A stretch of 64,000 nt of DNA, from assembly GCA_964016885.1 (NCBI GenBank), contig OZ024744.1:107198001-107262000 (forward strand). Reading direction: 5' to 3'. Below are positions 35,373 through 47,052 of the stretch, one piece after another. The position numbers and the translations under genes were made by a program. Every line of letters starts with the position of its first letter. The first letter of the stretch is position 1. The notes beneath the pieces are model-generated. The model was not told where the DNA came from and ran no database searches. It was given only the letters and a program-made list of their open reading frames with translations. This stretch comes from Eledone cirrhosa (Eukaryota).

Positions 35373-35795
35373 GTTACATAGGTATATCTATATAGAGAGG
35401 TACAGTTACATAGATATATAAATATATATATATATAGAGTTACATAGGTATATCTAGAGAAAGTTACATAAGTATATATAGAGACAGTTACATAGGTATA
35501 TCTATAGAGTTACATAGGTATATAAATATATATATAGACAGTTACATAGGTATATATAGAGACAGTTACATAGGTATATCTATAGAGTTACATAAGTATA
35601 TATAGAGACAGTTATATAGGTATATAAATATATATATAGACAGTTACATAGGTATATATAGAGACAGTTACATAGGTATATATATAGACAATTACATAGG
35701 TATATATAGAGACAGTTACATAGGTATATATATAGACAATTACATAAGTATATATAGAGACAGTTACATAGGTATATAAATATATAGAGTTACAT

Positions 35796-35842
<47 letters not shown>

Positions 35843-35915
35843 ATTACATAGGTATATCTATAGACAGTTACATAGGTATATATAGAGACAGTTACATAGG
35901 TATATCTATATACAT
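35373..35915. repeat. ~24-bp AT-rich minisatellite (GACAGTTACATAGGTATATATA)
   Basis: Tandem variable units. Confidence 0.88.
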
Positions 35916-35916
35916 A

Positions 35917-36092
35917 CGAGGGCAATCCCAAAAGTAAGGTCTCCTTCCGATATTGCAACTTTTCCATTAAAATCCTGTGGATGGTGCTTCGGGAAACCTC
36001 AGGAACCAAAATGCGGAGAGCATCCAGAGTGATCCGCCAATCTTTTCGCATGTTTTCCTCGGAAGGAGACCTTACTTTTGGGATTGCCCTCG
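35917..36092. mobile_element. 176-bp mariner-derived MITE
   Basis: TA|CGAGGGCAATCCCAAAAGTAAGGTCTCCTTCC ... GGAAGGAGACCTTACTTTTGGGATTGCCCTCG|TA; internal transposase HTH remnant on minus strand. Confidence 0.9.
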
Positions 36093-36099
36093 TATATAA

Positions 36100-37729
36100 T
36101 AAGTGCACGAAATTCGCACTTGGCGGGAACATTCAACGGGAGCTCCATTCTCAACGGCTGCCAAGCCAAGATTGAGCAACCCAGCGGATTCTGGCTTCTG
36201 CGGCCGAGTGAGTGGGACCATCACTGTGCACTGGCCCTCGCACTATAAACCTTTCCCGCACAGGTTTCTTCTTTAGCGTGCACTCCCAAAGCCCTGCGGC
36301 GATGGACGAGAGGCGGAGATAACAGGTGGAGGTAACCTCTGGGAGTTGCCAGTCTCAAACCCACACGTGGGCGGCCTGTATATGCAAGTCATTCTCTTCC
36401 TGACCCTGGGTGACTGAGCAGCCCTTTTCAGGGGAGCACTGCTCACCCTCGCACGAGGGGATGGGCGATAAAAGGAGCTCTAACCAAATGCTCGTCCTAC
36501 ACAAAGCCGGCCAGTCTACCGTGGCTGGCGGTTTTACCCTTCCAAGCGGTCAAAACCAACGTAATAGAAAGAACTTGATTCTTGGCGCATGGAATGTGCA
36601 GACGCTCATGGATAGGGAAACCTCCTTGAGGCCAGAGAGAAGAACTGCCCTCATAACGAGGGAATTAGCTCGCTACCGGATCGACATAGCCGCCCTCAGC
36701 GAGACCAGACTCGCCGAAGAAGGATCAGTAGCAGAACCGAAAGGAGGCTACACCTTCTTCAGGAAGGGCAATGCAAACAAAGGAGGAGGACAGAATCCAC
36801 GGGGTAGGCCCGGCCATCAGGACTTCGCTCTGCAAGCAGCTACCAGACCTCCCAACACCTGTGAGTGAGCGGCTGATGAAGCTCCGCTTCTCCCTCGACC
36901 CATCTCGGCATGTCACAGTCATCAGCTCATACGCTCCCACTCTCACCAGCAGTGATGAAGCAAAGGACGCTTTCTACGGGGAACTCAACGCACTCGTGAA
37001 GGGCGTCCCCCCCCAAGCGATAAACTCATCCTACTGGGGGACTTCAACGCAAGAGTCGGGTCTTACAGCAGCAACTGGAGAGGCATCCTGGGACCTCATG
37101 GCACAGGGAAGCTGAACTCTAACGGCCTCATACTGTTGAGTTTCTGCACCGAGAACGACCTCACCATCACCAGCACACTGTTCCGCCAGGCAATCATGAA
37201 CATCAAATGTCAGGACAAGGTCTCCAACCTTGAAGTTCTTGACATGGCTGAGACAACTAGTGTTGAAGCTATGATACTGAATAGCCGACTTCGATGGGTG
37301 GGACATGTCATCCGGATGGACGATCACAGGCTTCCGAAGCAACTGATGTATGGGGAACTCTGTTCGGGGAAACGAAAGCGGGGCAGGCCTCTTAAGAGGT
37401 TCAAAGACTGCGTGAAGTCCAGTATCAACAACACTGGAATCGCCCCAAAACAACTCGAGTCCCATGCTCAGGACAGGACTGAGTGGCGAGACCTTACCAG
37501 ACGTGCAAAAGACTCTTTTGAAGAGAAGAGACAGGCAGAGGTCAATGAGGCCCGTGAAAGGGGGAGAAAGGCATCAGCAGCTGCCCCCAAACGACTCCGG
37601 TCTCTTTCCCTGCCCACACTGTCCCCGGACCTGCAAGTCAAGGATCGGCCTCCACAGCCATCTTCGTGCCCACGGCAGACAGGAACTAAAATAAAGAAGA
37701 TGTCATCATTGTTTACGATGGACAACCAA

Positions 37730-37735
<6 letters not shown>
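36100..37735 (+). mobile_element. Internally deleted RTE-clade LINE: APE endonuclease fused to C-terminal region with C2H2 finger, RT missing
   Basis: WNVQTL, DIAALSETR, YAPT, GDFNA, NDLTITSTLFRQA|IMNIK..RLRWVGHVIRM..CPHCPRTCKSRIGLHSH. Confidence 0.9.
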
Positions 37736-37765
<30 letters not shown>

Positions 37766-38079
37766 ATCAGGGAAATGCCTTGTTCGATATATCAGAAAAG
37801 TTTGGGCAGAAACTCAAAAGGTTGCACGGTGTAATTTATGAATGCACAAGAGATTTAGTGGGATTGGAAGAAGTCAATGGAAAAGACTGTATGTGGCAGA
37901 TACATAGGAAAAACAATCACTAAGACCACTAAATAACTACCGTCACTTGCCAGGGAGACACCTAAGTATTAGTTGATAGCTTTTGTTATCTAGATAACTA
38001 AATTAGCAGCAAGGGAGGAAACACTGATAGTGTGGTAGGGTAAGTACAGGTTGGAAGAAGTTTAGGAAGCTGGGACCTC

Positions 38080-39418
38080 TGTGTAGTGCAGTGTTGTGTA
38101 GTGCAGTGTTGTGTAGTGTAATATAGTGTAGTGCAGTGTTGTGTAGTGTAATATAGTGTAGTGCAGTGTTGTGTAGTGTAATATAGTGTAGTGTAGTGTA
38201 ATATAGTGTAGTGCAGTGTTGTATAGTGTAATATAGTGTAGTGCAGTGCAGTGTTGTGTAGTGTAATATAGTGTAGTGCAGTGCAGTGTTGTGTAGTGTA
38301 ATATAGTGTAGTGCAGTGTTGTGTAGTGTAATATAGTGTAGTGCAGTGTTGTGTAGTGTAATTTAGTGTAGTGCAGTGTTGTGTAGTGTAATATAGTGTA
38401 GTGTAATATAGTGTTGTGTAGTGTAATATAGTGTAGTGCAGTGTTGTGTAGTGTAATATAGTGTAGTGCAGTGTTGTGTAGTGTAATATAGTGTAGTGCA
38501 GTGTTGTGTAGTGTAATATAGTGTAGCACAGTGTGGTGTAATGTAATATAGTGTAGTGCAGTGTTGTGTAGTGTAATATAGTGTAGTGCAGTGTTGTGTA
38601 ATATAGTGTAGTGCAGTGTTGTGTAGTGTAATATAGTGTAGTGCAGTGTTGTGTAGTGTAATATTGTGCAGTGCAGTGTGGTGTAGTGTAATATAGTGTA
38701 GTGTGGTGTTGTGTGGCATGGTGTAGTGTAGTATAGTGTAGTGTAATATAGTGTAGTGTGGTGTGGTGTGGTGCGCTGCAGTGCAGTGTGGTCAGGTGCA
38801 GTGCTGTGTAGTGTGGTGAGGTGCAGTGCTGTGTAGTGTGGTGTAATATAGTGCAGTGTGGTGTCGTATGGCATGGTGTAGTGTAGTATAGTGTAGTGTA
38901 ATATAGTGTAGTGTGGTGTGGTGTTGTGTGGCATGGTGTAGTGTAATATAGTGTAGTGTTGTGTGGCATGGTGTCGTGTCGTGCGGTGTGGTGCGGTGCA
39001 GTGCAGTGGTGAGGTGCAGTGCTGTGTAGTGTGGTGTGGTGTAATATAGTGCAGTGCCGTGTGGTGTGGTGCGATGTGGCGCAGTGTAATGTAGTGAGGT
39101 GTAGTGTAGTGTAATGCAGTGTAGTGAGGTATGGTGTGGTGTAGTCTAATATAGTGTAGTGTGGTCTAGTGTAGTGTAATATGGTGCAGTGTGGTGTGGT
39201 GCAGCATGGTGTAGTGTAGCGCAGTGTAGTGCAGTGTAATGTAGTGTAGTATAGTGTAGGGTGGTGTAGTGCAGTGTAGTATAGTATAGTGTGGTGTTGT
39301 GTAGTGTAGTGCAGTATGGTATGGTGCGGTGTAGTATATTGTAGTGTAGTGTGGTGTAGTGTGGTGTGGTGTAGTGTAGTGTAGTGTAGTGTAGTGTAGT
39401 GTAGTGTAGTGTAGTGTC
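38080..39418. repeat. (GTGTA)n-based pentanucleotide satellite
   Basis: 5-bp periodic GTGTA/GTGCA/GTGTT; spurious His/Tyr/Thr ORFs. Confidence 0.95.
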
Positions 39419-39537
39419 ATACCATTAATATAGAAATTCTATGTCAGTTTTCAGCATTTCTCTAAAAACATAATAAAAAATCTTACAATTAAAAGCTGAA
39501 TAAATTTTAAAGTCTCAAATTGCATAACTGGCACCAC

Positions 39538-39705
39538 CTAAGGACACTAGTTTGAATATATCAGTGTATAATAACAATACCTCTGAAGATGGCCAGAGGG
39601 TAGAACAACTGAAAGGTAACTATAACAACCAAGATGAGGACATTAGTCTGAATATATCTGTACATAACTATGATAAATCTTCATCTTAAAAGTTCAGAGA
39701 AATAA
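39538..39705 (+). repeat. Single copy (with extended 3' flank) of the 99-bp hammerhead-like unit
   Basis: CTCTGAAGATGGCCAGAGGGTAGAACAACTGAAA...TATAACAACCAAGATGAGGAC. Confidence 0.8.
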
Positions 39706-39716
39706 TTCTGACTTAC

Positions 39717-39839
39717 CAGAAAGACCATGACATAGACGACCAATATGTTTTGCAATTATCGGTAATGTGTGATCCTTCGAGTACAAACATTGTTCATAGA
39801 ACCTTATGACTAGAGGAATGATTGTGTTTGAACATGTAT
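39717..39839 (-). CDS. PPP4R4: PPP4R4 coding exon (DTCSNTIIPLVIRFYEQCLYSKDHTLPIIAKHIGRLCHGLS), 123 bp
   Basis: tcag/gtaagt; matches TILPLV...HLGKLCHGL; phase 1-1. Confidence 0.93.
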
Positions 39840-39915
39840 CTGAAATTAAAAATGAAATCATTCAAATTTTGATACATATGCAGCAGTTTTTAAATTACAT
39901 AATATATATATATAT

Positions 39916-40192
39916 TCTCAGACCGGGTGATGTGTTGTTTCCTTGAGCAAGACACTTTATTTCACATTGCTCCAGTTTACTCAGCTGTAGAAATGAGATG
40001 ATAGCGACTGGGGTTCATATTATTCCACTGTAAAGTGGTCGTGGAGATGCCACGGCAAAACAGCACCCAGCACTCACTGTAAATGAGGTTGGTGTTAGGA
40101 AGGGCATCCAGCTGTAGAAATCAAGCCACAATCAGTTCCTGTCCCACCCTTGCAAGCAGGGAAAAGCGGACGTAAAATGAAATGAAATGATA
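39916..40192 (+). mobile_element. SINE family A, 5'-truncated
   Basis: Similarity to 29520-29815. Confidence 0.85.
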
Positions 40193-41196
40193 TATATATA
40201 TATATATTACAAAATATACATATTACAAAGTATACATATAAAACAATGATAATGATTATATTCATTATATGTCATCATCATCATCGTTTATAAGCCTGTT
40301 TTTTTCCATGGGTTTGCATGGGTTGGACGGGTCTTTCCCAGGACAGCATATTTCCACTTGGTGTGTTTCTTCATCATCTCTTCTGTGAGTCTCACATCTC
40401 TGCCCAGATCTTTCTCAATCTGCCTTCCACTGGTGTTTCCAGCACATCACATGTCCATATCAACACAGTCTTCTCTCTTGCACACCACCTCGGATTCCTC
40501 TTAAACCCAGTTATGATAGTACTAGGTGGGAGGAGCCCTACCTTTAAAACACCAAAGACTTCTATGATACATAGGTGTGAGGTGTAACAACATGATAGGA
40601 CTGCAGTCCCTGTCATTAAAACACCCAAGGAACCTCCTATGAGATACAGACATGTAGGCGACTAGCTAAATCTCCATAGGTGTGAGTTGTAAAAACAACA
40701 TGACAAGGGTCCCTATTATTAAAACACCCGAGAAACCTCCTACAAGATACAACCTTGTAGGTGAAGGTGCATGCATGGCTTAGTGGTTAGAGCATTGGGC
40801 TTGCAATCGAAAAGTTGTGAGTTCAATTCTCGGACCGGGCGATGTGTTGTTTCCTTGAGCAAGGCACTTTATTTCACGTTGCTCCAGTTTACTCAGCTGT
40901 AGAAATGAGATTATATGACTGGGGTCCCTATCATTAAATTACCCAAGACACCTCCAACGAGATATACCTTGGAGGAGGCCAGCTAAACCTGCATAGGTGT
41001 GAGCTGTCACACACTTGTAGGTGACCAGCTAAACCTACATAGATGGGAGCTGTAACAACATACATATACAAGTGTATGATAAGACTGGTGCCCCTATCAT
41101 TTAAACGACCAAGAAACCTAAGAGATACAACCTGATAAGAGGCTAGCTAAACCCAGATAGGTGTTAGCTGTAAAAACAACATGATCCAATATTTAC

Positions 41197-41318
41197 CATC
41201 ATCCAAAAGACTTAGAATATTCACAACAGTTTCAAGACCCATCATACGGACATATACTTCTTCATCATTAGTCAACTCAACCAACTCAGGAAGAATGGCA
41301 CTCTTAGTTGCTTCAAGA
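41197..41318 (-). CDS. PPP4R4: PPP4R4 coding exon (LEATKSAILPELVELTNDEEVYVRMMGLETVVNILSLLDD), 122 bp
   Basis: gcag/gtaaat; matches TKSVVLPELIELSRDE..VR; phase 2-1. Confidence 0.95.
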
Positions 41319-41636
41319 CTGCAAATAGAAAATATAGAGATAAATTATAAAACATTACTTCATTAATAACGATGTCGGTGTTACAGCACAGCAAGTAATC
41401 ATGACAATGTTGTTGTTGGTGGTGGTGGGAACATAATCGTCATCATTTTCTGGTAGATTTCCATTACACAGAAGTCAGAAAACCAGGTATTGCTCATACA
41501 CACCATTGTACTGAGAGCATTTTATAGAAACATCAGCGCTACCATTTTACAGGATAGGAAACAGGAAGTAAAATGATGGTGCTGAGTATTTTCATCTTGG
41601 TTGTTATAATCATAATATTTTAACAATCTGGAGAGT

Positions 41637-42398
41637 ACATCTGAGATATTGTGACTATAACAACCAAGAGAAGGACACTGGTCTGAATGTATCAGTGTAT
41701 AATAACAATACCTCTGAAGATGGCCAGAGGGTAGAACATCTGAGATATTGTGACTATAACAACTAAGATGAGGACACTGGTCTGAATGTATCAGTGTATA
41801 ATAACAATACCTTTGAAGATGGCCAGAGGGTAGAACATCTGAGATATTGTGACTATAACAACCAAGAGAAGGACACTGGTCTGGATGTATCAGTGTATAA
41901 TAACAATACCTCTGAAGATGGCCAGAGGGTAGAACATCTGAGATATTGTGACTATAACAACCAAGAGAAGGACACTGGTCTGAATGTATCAGTGTATAAT
42001 AACAATACCTCTGAAGATGGCCAGAGGGTAGAACATCTGAGATATTGTGACTATAACAACCAAGAGAAGGATACTGGTCTGAAAATATCTGTGTATAATA
42101 ACAATACATCTGAAGATGGCCAGAAGGTAGAACATCTGAGATATTGTGACTATAACAACCAAGAGAAGGATACTGGTCTGAAAATATCTGTGTATAATAA
42201 CAATACATCTGAAGATGGCCAGAGGGTAGAACATCTGAGATATTGTGACTATAACAACCAAGAGAAGGACACTGGTCTGAATGTATCAGTGTATAATAAC
42301 AATACCTCTGAAGATGGCCAGAAGGTAGAACATCTGAGATATTGTGACTATAACAACCAAGAGAAGGATACTGGTCTGGATATACCAGTATATAATAA
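41637..42398 (+). repeat. 99-bp tandem array (~7.6 copies) containing a degenerate hammerhead core
   Basis: 33-codon periodicity in ORFs on both strands; unit includes CTGAAGA-TGGCCAGAGGGTAGAACATCT-GAGA-TATTGTGA. Confidence 0.93.
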
Positions 42399-42469
42399 AC
42401 AGAATACTTCAACACACACACACAATGCATAAATGTGATCTAGTTAAATGAAATGTAGATGCTGCTTAC

Positions 42470-42577
42470 CCTAAACCCCTTGCAACAGGATTGAGTTGTT
42501 TACACATACAACCACGGACTTCATAATCAACATCTTGACACAAAGACTGGACAATTGGTAATATTTCTTTTTTAATT
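42470..42577 (-). CDS. PPP4R4: PPP4R4 coding exon (IKKEILPIVQSLCQDVDYEVRGCMCKQLNPVARGLG), 108 bp
   Basis: acag/gtaagc; near identity to IKREILPLVKSLCQDVEYEVRSCMCRQL; phase 2-2. Confidence 0.97.
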
Positions 42578-42642
42578 CTGTAATATAAAAACAAAATATA
42601 TAGTTAATAGTAGAAGGGAAGGGCACATGTCTTAATCCCAAC

Positions 42643-42940
42643 AGTCCAGGATCAGTGTCAGTCCAGGATCAGTGTCAGTCCAGGATCAACGTCAGTCCAG
42701 GATCAGTGTCACTCCGGCATCAGTGTCTGTCCAGGATAGCATCAGTCCAGACTCAGTGTCACTCCGGTATCAATGTCTGTCCAGTATTAGTGTCAGTCTA
42801 GGATCAGCATCAGTCCAGGATGAGTGTCAGACCAGGATGAGTGTCAGTGTCAGACCAGGTTCAGCATCAGTCTAGGATCAGTGTCAGTCCTGGATCAGCA
42901 TCAGTCTAGGATCAGTGTCAGTCTAGGATCAGTGTCAGCC
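42643..42940. repeat. 17-bp minisatellite (CAGTGTCAGTCCAGGAT)
   Basis: Tandem periodicity. Confidence 0.88.
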
Positions 42941-43119
42941 CAATGTTTGGCTTATTTCTCAATGTTTTCATTGCCCTACACGAATCCATAATCATTCATA
43001 TTAGGATTACATAGTTTTCTATAAAATCCTGTATTTTTTGAGCTGCATAACATCTTCACCTATAATTACTTGCTTTCGTTTTTGAAATCATATCACTTTA
43101 TACTATATATATAGAGAGA

Positions 43120-43675
43120 GAAACTAGACATAAGAGGAATTAAATGCTGTGTGCAGGAGAAGAGACTGTGTTGGTATGGACATGTGATGTGTATGAAGGA
43201 TGACAGCTGCATAAAAAGGTGCAGAGCACTCAATATTGATGGAAGCCATGGAGTGGAGAGACCCAGGAAGACTTGGGATGAGGTGATAAAAGCTGACCTT
43301 GAACAATTGCACCTCTCAAAGGCAATGACACATGACTAAGATCTCTGGTGTTACACAGAAGACCAGACTTCCCACAGGCTCAGGCCGAAGCTGAAGCATA
43401 TATACAGTATGCATCACCCACCCCACCCCACCCTCCCATACATCTCCCACAAGGGCAGTACAAAGTATACATCCAGCAAAGCCCCCACCCCCCACTGTAA
43501 AAAGCACCCAGTACTCACTGTGAATGAGGTTGGCATTAGGAAGGGCATCCAGCTGTAGAAACCAAGCCCAAATCGGTTCTATACAGGCAAGACATGGTCA
43601 CCTGATTTGGGTTGCTTTATAAAAGGACAACTTGTCTAACCCATGCTATTGTGGAAAAATGGACATTAAATGGTG
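43120..43675 (+). mobile_element. RTE LINE 3' fragment
   Basis: RLCWYGHVM..GRPRKTWDEVI-like peptide plus tail. Confidence 0.85.
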
Positions 43676-44057
43676 TCATTTGGCAGTATTGGTAGAGGGT
43701 CGGACGCCATGCTTTGACGTATAGAGTTACGGCCCTTGCCATTCTGAGTTCAAATCCCGCCGAGGTTAACTTTGCCTTTCATCCTTACGGGGTCGATAAA
43801 ATAAAGTACCCGTAATGCACTGGGTAATTGCTGGCCTTGTGCCTAACGTAGAAACAAATGGTGATGATAATGATGATATTTTATAGACCGATATAGGTGT
43901 TAAAACATCCAAGATTAAAAAGGTACCATCTTGCCATAAGCTACAACCCAACTTCCACACAACACCAAGTTGAGATTTCAAAGTTGAGAGGAAATCCATA
44001 AACTTATATTGATGCCCATTCCAGGTACTGTCAGCTGGAGCCAAATAGCCTGGGAAT

Positions 44058-44490
44058 CATGTAGGGTAGTGGCTACATTTAGGGCAGAGGACTACATGTA
44101 GGGTAGGGACTACATGTCGGTAAGTGACTACATTTAGGGCAGGGACTACATTTAGGGCAGGGACTACATGTAGGGCAGGGACTACATGTAGGGCAGGGAC
44201 TACATGTTGGGCAGGGACTACATGTAGGGCAGAGACTACATTTAGGGCAGAGACTACATGTAGGGCAGAGATTACATGTAGGGTAGGGACTACATGTAGG
44301 ATAAGGACATGTAGGGCAGGGACTACATATAGGGTAGGGACTACATGTAGGGCAGGGACTACATGTAGGGCAGGGACTACATGTAGGGCAGGGACTACAT
44401 GTAGGGCAGGGACTACATGCAGGGCAGAGATTACATGTAGATAGAGACTACATGTAGAGTAGGGACTACATGTAGGGTAGAGACTACATG
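44058..44490. repeat. 18-bp minisatellite (AGGGCAGGGACTACATGT)
   Basis: Tandem periodicity; RAGTTC ORF artefact. Confidence 0.9.
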
Positions 44491-44779
44491 ACTAATAGAT
44501 CTAGAGAAGAAATTCTGGAAATGGAAACAAAACTGTAAAGTAAACATAAGATAGACTAAAGCTTTAGTAAATAATAAAATATATAGGACACTGCCATTAT
44601 CAAGGTAATAGTTGTGTACTATATGTAGAAAAAGAGTTGATAGTTACTCCATATGGTGTAACCAATGTAAGCTAAAAGGTGCACAAAACATATATTGGTG
44701 TCACAAGTGCAGGGTTTTTGGTTGTTATCAAGGTCAATATATTGACCTAGCCATGCTAAAATTGGAAAATTATACTCAC

Positions 44780-44886
44780 ACAAAAGGGTCAAACTTCGTA
44801 GCAATTTTCCCTAATATTTGACAACATGACAGTCGTGCCTGTACTGACTGGGATAACTGACCCTTCGCTACAGCAGCTGTTAAAAT
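44780..44886 (-). CDS. PPP4R4: PPP4R4 coding exon (ILTAAVAKGQLSQSVQARLSCCQILGKIATKFDPFV), 107 bp
   Basis: tcag/gtgagt; matches KAQLSQTVQSRLVSCKILGK; phase 0-2. Confidence 0.96.
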
Positions 44887-45077
44887 CTGAAAAGTTAATT
44901 ATTCACATTTTATTAAAAGGTAAAACATTAATTTATTTTTTTATTGGTTTCAGTCATTAGACAGTGGCCATAATGGGGGCATATTGATCATATTGATCCC
45001 AGTACTTATTTTTTCAAATCTGATATTTCTTTTAACCATTATGTTTTTGTCTAGAATGAGAAACTAAGAAAAGGAAA

Positions 45078-45570
45078 GGAGTTGATCATCAGATCAGACC
45101 AAAGAAACAATGTTTCTATTAGTCTTTCCATTACTGATACTATCTGTCAGTCACAACTCCTGGCAGTAGAAAGGAGCTGATCATCAGATCAGACCAAAGA
45201 AACAATGTTTCTATTAGTCTTTCCATTACTGATACTATCAGGTACAACTCCTGGCAGTAGAAAGGAGTTGATCATCAGATCAGACCAAAGAAACAATGTT
45301 TCTATTGGTCTTTCCATTACTGATACTATCTGTCAGTCACAACTCCTGGCAGAAGAAAGGAGCTGATCATCAGATCAGACCAAAGGAACAATGTTTCCAT
45401 TAGTCTTTCCATTGGTGATACTATCTGTCAGTCACCATTACTGATACTATCTGTCAGTCACAACTCCTGGCAGAAGAAAGGAGCTGATCATCAGATCAGA
45501 CCAAAGAAACAATGTTTCCATTAGTCTTTCCATTGGTGATACTGTCTATCAGTCACAACTCCTGATAGAA
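45078..45570 (+). repeat. ~95-bp tandem array (~5 copies) of a hairpin-rich unit
   Basis: Repeated GATCATCAGATCAGACCAAAGAAACAATGTTTC; related single inverted copy at 29345-29445. Confidence 0.85.
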
Positions 45571-46152
45571 GAGACTAAGGAACTCACTAATTATGAACCT
45601 CTTAATCTATATCAATGACACAAGCTTAAAAATGGGGACAGAATTTGAGGAAATACGAAACAAATGAAATTAAATTTAATAGTGTTTTCTGTCACTTGAA
45701 ATTAAAAAATATGAAAAGAAAAGAGAAAATTAATTTATTTATTCACTTCTTCCATTTCTTTCTCTTAGGGTGAGAGGGGAAAGCCATGGGAAACAGCATA
45801 GTGAATGTGTAATTTCAACATCACCCACTGAGCCACAGTAAAATACTCTCGCTATACTTTTAAGTCAATGGCTAGGATCACAAACTAAGTGTATTATGGT
45901 TATAGACCTAAACAGGAACTTCTCTAAGGTAAATGGTTAAGATTACCAAGTTCTTGAGGTGTACTAATGCTAATGTCTGTTGCAGTCTGTCGTTGAGGTG
46001 CCACTCTAACCATCATTGTATTTCAACGAGCTTTAGGAATGGTGGTACCCATCTCCTTTGCAAGTGACCAGTCCCTCACTAAATGTAACCTGCCAATGAT
46101 AAAAGATGTCATTAAGGTAACAAAAGATAGAAAAAAAAATCAATACACTTAC

Positions 46153-46226
46153 TTCTTTTTGGATAACATCTTTTGGTAATAGATCAATAACATCAAGTAA
46201 TGTTCCAAGCCATGCACTTGAGATAT
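46153..46226 (-). CDS. PPP4R4: PPP4R4 coding exon (DISSAWLGTLLDVIDLLPKDVIQKE), 74 bp
   Basis: taag/gtaagt; matches VSNAWLETLLSVIEVLPKE; phase 1-0. Confidence 0.95.
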
Positions 46227-46599
46227 CTTAAAAACAATACAAACATTAGACATTTTAATTAACAAGCACAATTTTATACTGTGAAATCTGTATAAGAATT
46301 TATAATGGTATCAATTCCTTCGACCAATGTGGTATCTATGGATCAACTGTTTGATGTTCATACTTCCTGCTAGAAATAACAGTCACATCTCTCTCACATC
46401 ACATTATATTTTTTTTAAGGAGAAAAATCACAACCACCATCATTTTATGCCTTATTCCATGCCGGCATGGGTTGGACAGGTTGTTACAATCAGTTCTTAT
46501 TCAGACTTAGTACCCTCCTAGATAGGTTGGGTGGATCACGTCGTGTTTGTATTTTCCATTTTGGAATGGTTTCTATGGTTGGATGTCTTTCCAAACACC

Positions 46600-46885
46600 A
46601 AGTGCTTTACAGAGTGTACTGGGTGTATTTTATTGTGGCACCAGTACCACTTTTTAGAGTGTACTGGGTGTATTTTATTGCGATACCACCACTACCACTT
46701 TACAGAGTGTACTGGGTATATTTTATTGTGATACCACCACTACCTCTTTACAGAGTGTACTGGATATATTTTATTGTGATACCACCACTACCTCTTTACA
46801 GAGTGTACTGGGTATATTTTATTGTGATACCACCACTACCACTATACAGAGTGTACTGGGTGTATTATATTGTGGCACCACCATT
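46600..46885. repeat. 48-bp minisatellite (~6 copies) from the LINE/SINE tail segment
   Basis: TTTACAGAGTGTACTGGGTATATTTTATTGTGATACCACCACTACC units following a LINE tail. Confidence 0.85.
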
Positions 46886-46904
46886 ACTGCTATTTTATAA
46901 TTAC

Positions 46905-47052
46905 CTGGGTCTTTGTTGTCAATACTAGTAAGAATGGTTTGTAAAAACATTTGAGTATAATTTTGAACTGGCATTTTTTCCTTCTGTAATATTTGGAGAA
47001 AGGCTGTAGAAGCAGCCAGCTGTATGTCGGCTTGGGCATAGCTCAAAACCTC
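46905..47052 (-). CDS. PPP4R4: PPP4R4 coding exon (EVLSYAQADIQLAASTAFLQILQKEKMPVQNYTQMFLQTILTSIDNKDP), 148 bp
   Basis: ttag/gtaatt; matches EALHVAGVEMQLTAAMSFLTILQ...FLQVIL; phase 0-1. Confidence 0.95.

Noticed and set aside
37998-39420. His/Tyr/Thr-rich ORFs up to 323 aa
   Set aside because: Pentanucleotide satellite translations.
41522-42432. Long ORFs on both strands with 33-aa repeats
   Set aside because: A consequence of a 99-bp unit; no splice or homology support.
45078-45570. CTGATGA and GAAA on the minus strand of the 95-bp unit as a hammerhead
   Set aside because: No stem I, G at the cleavage position, an extra hairpin before GAAA, and the relative at 29345 lacks CTGATGA.
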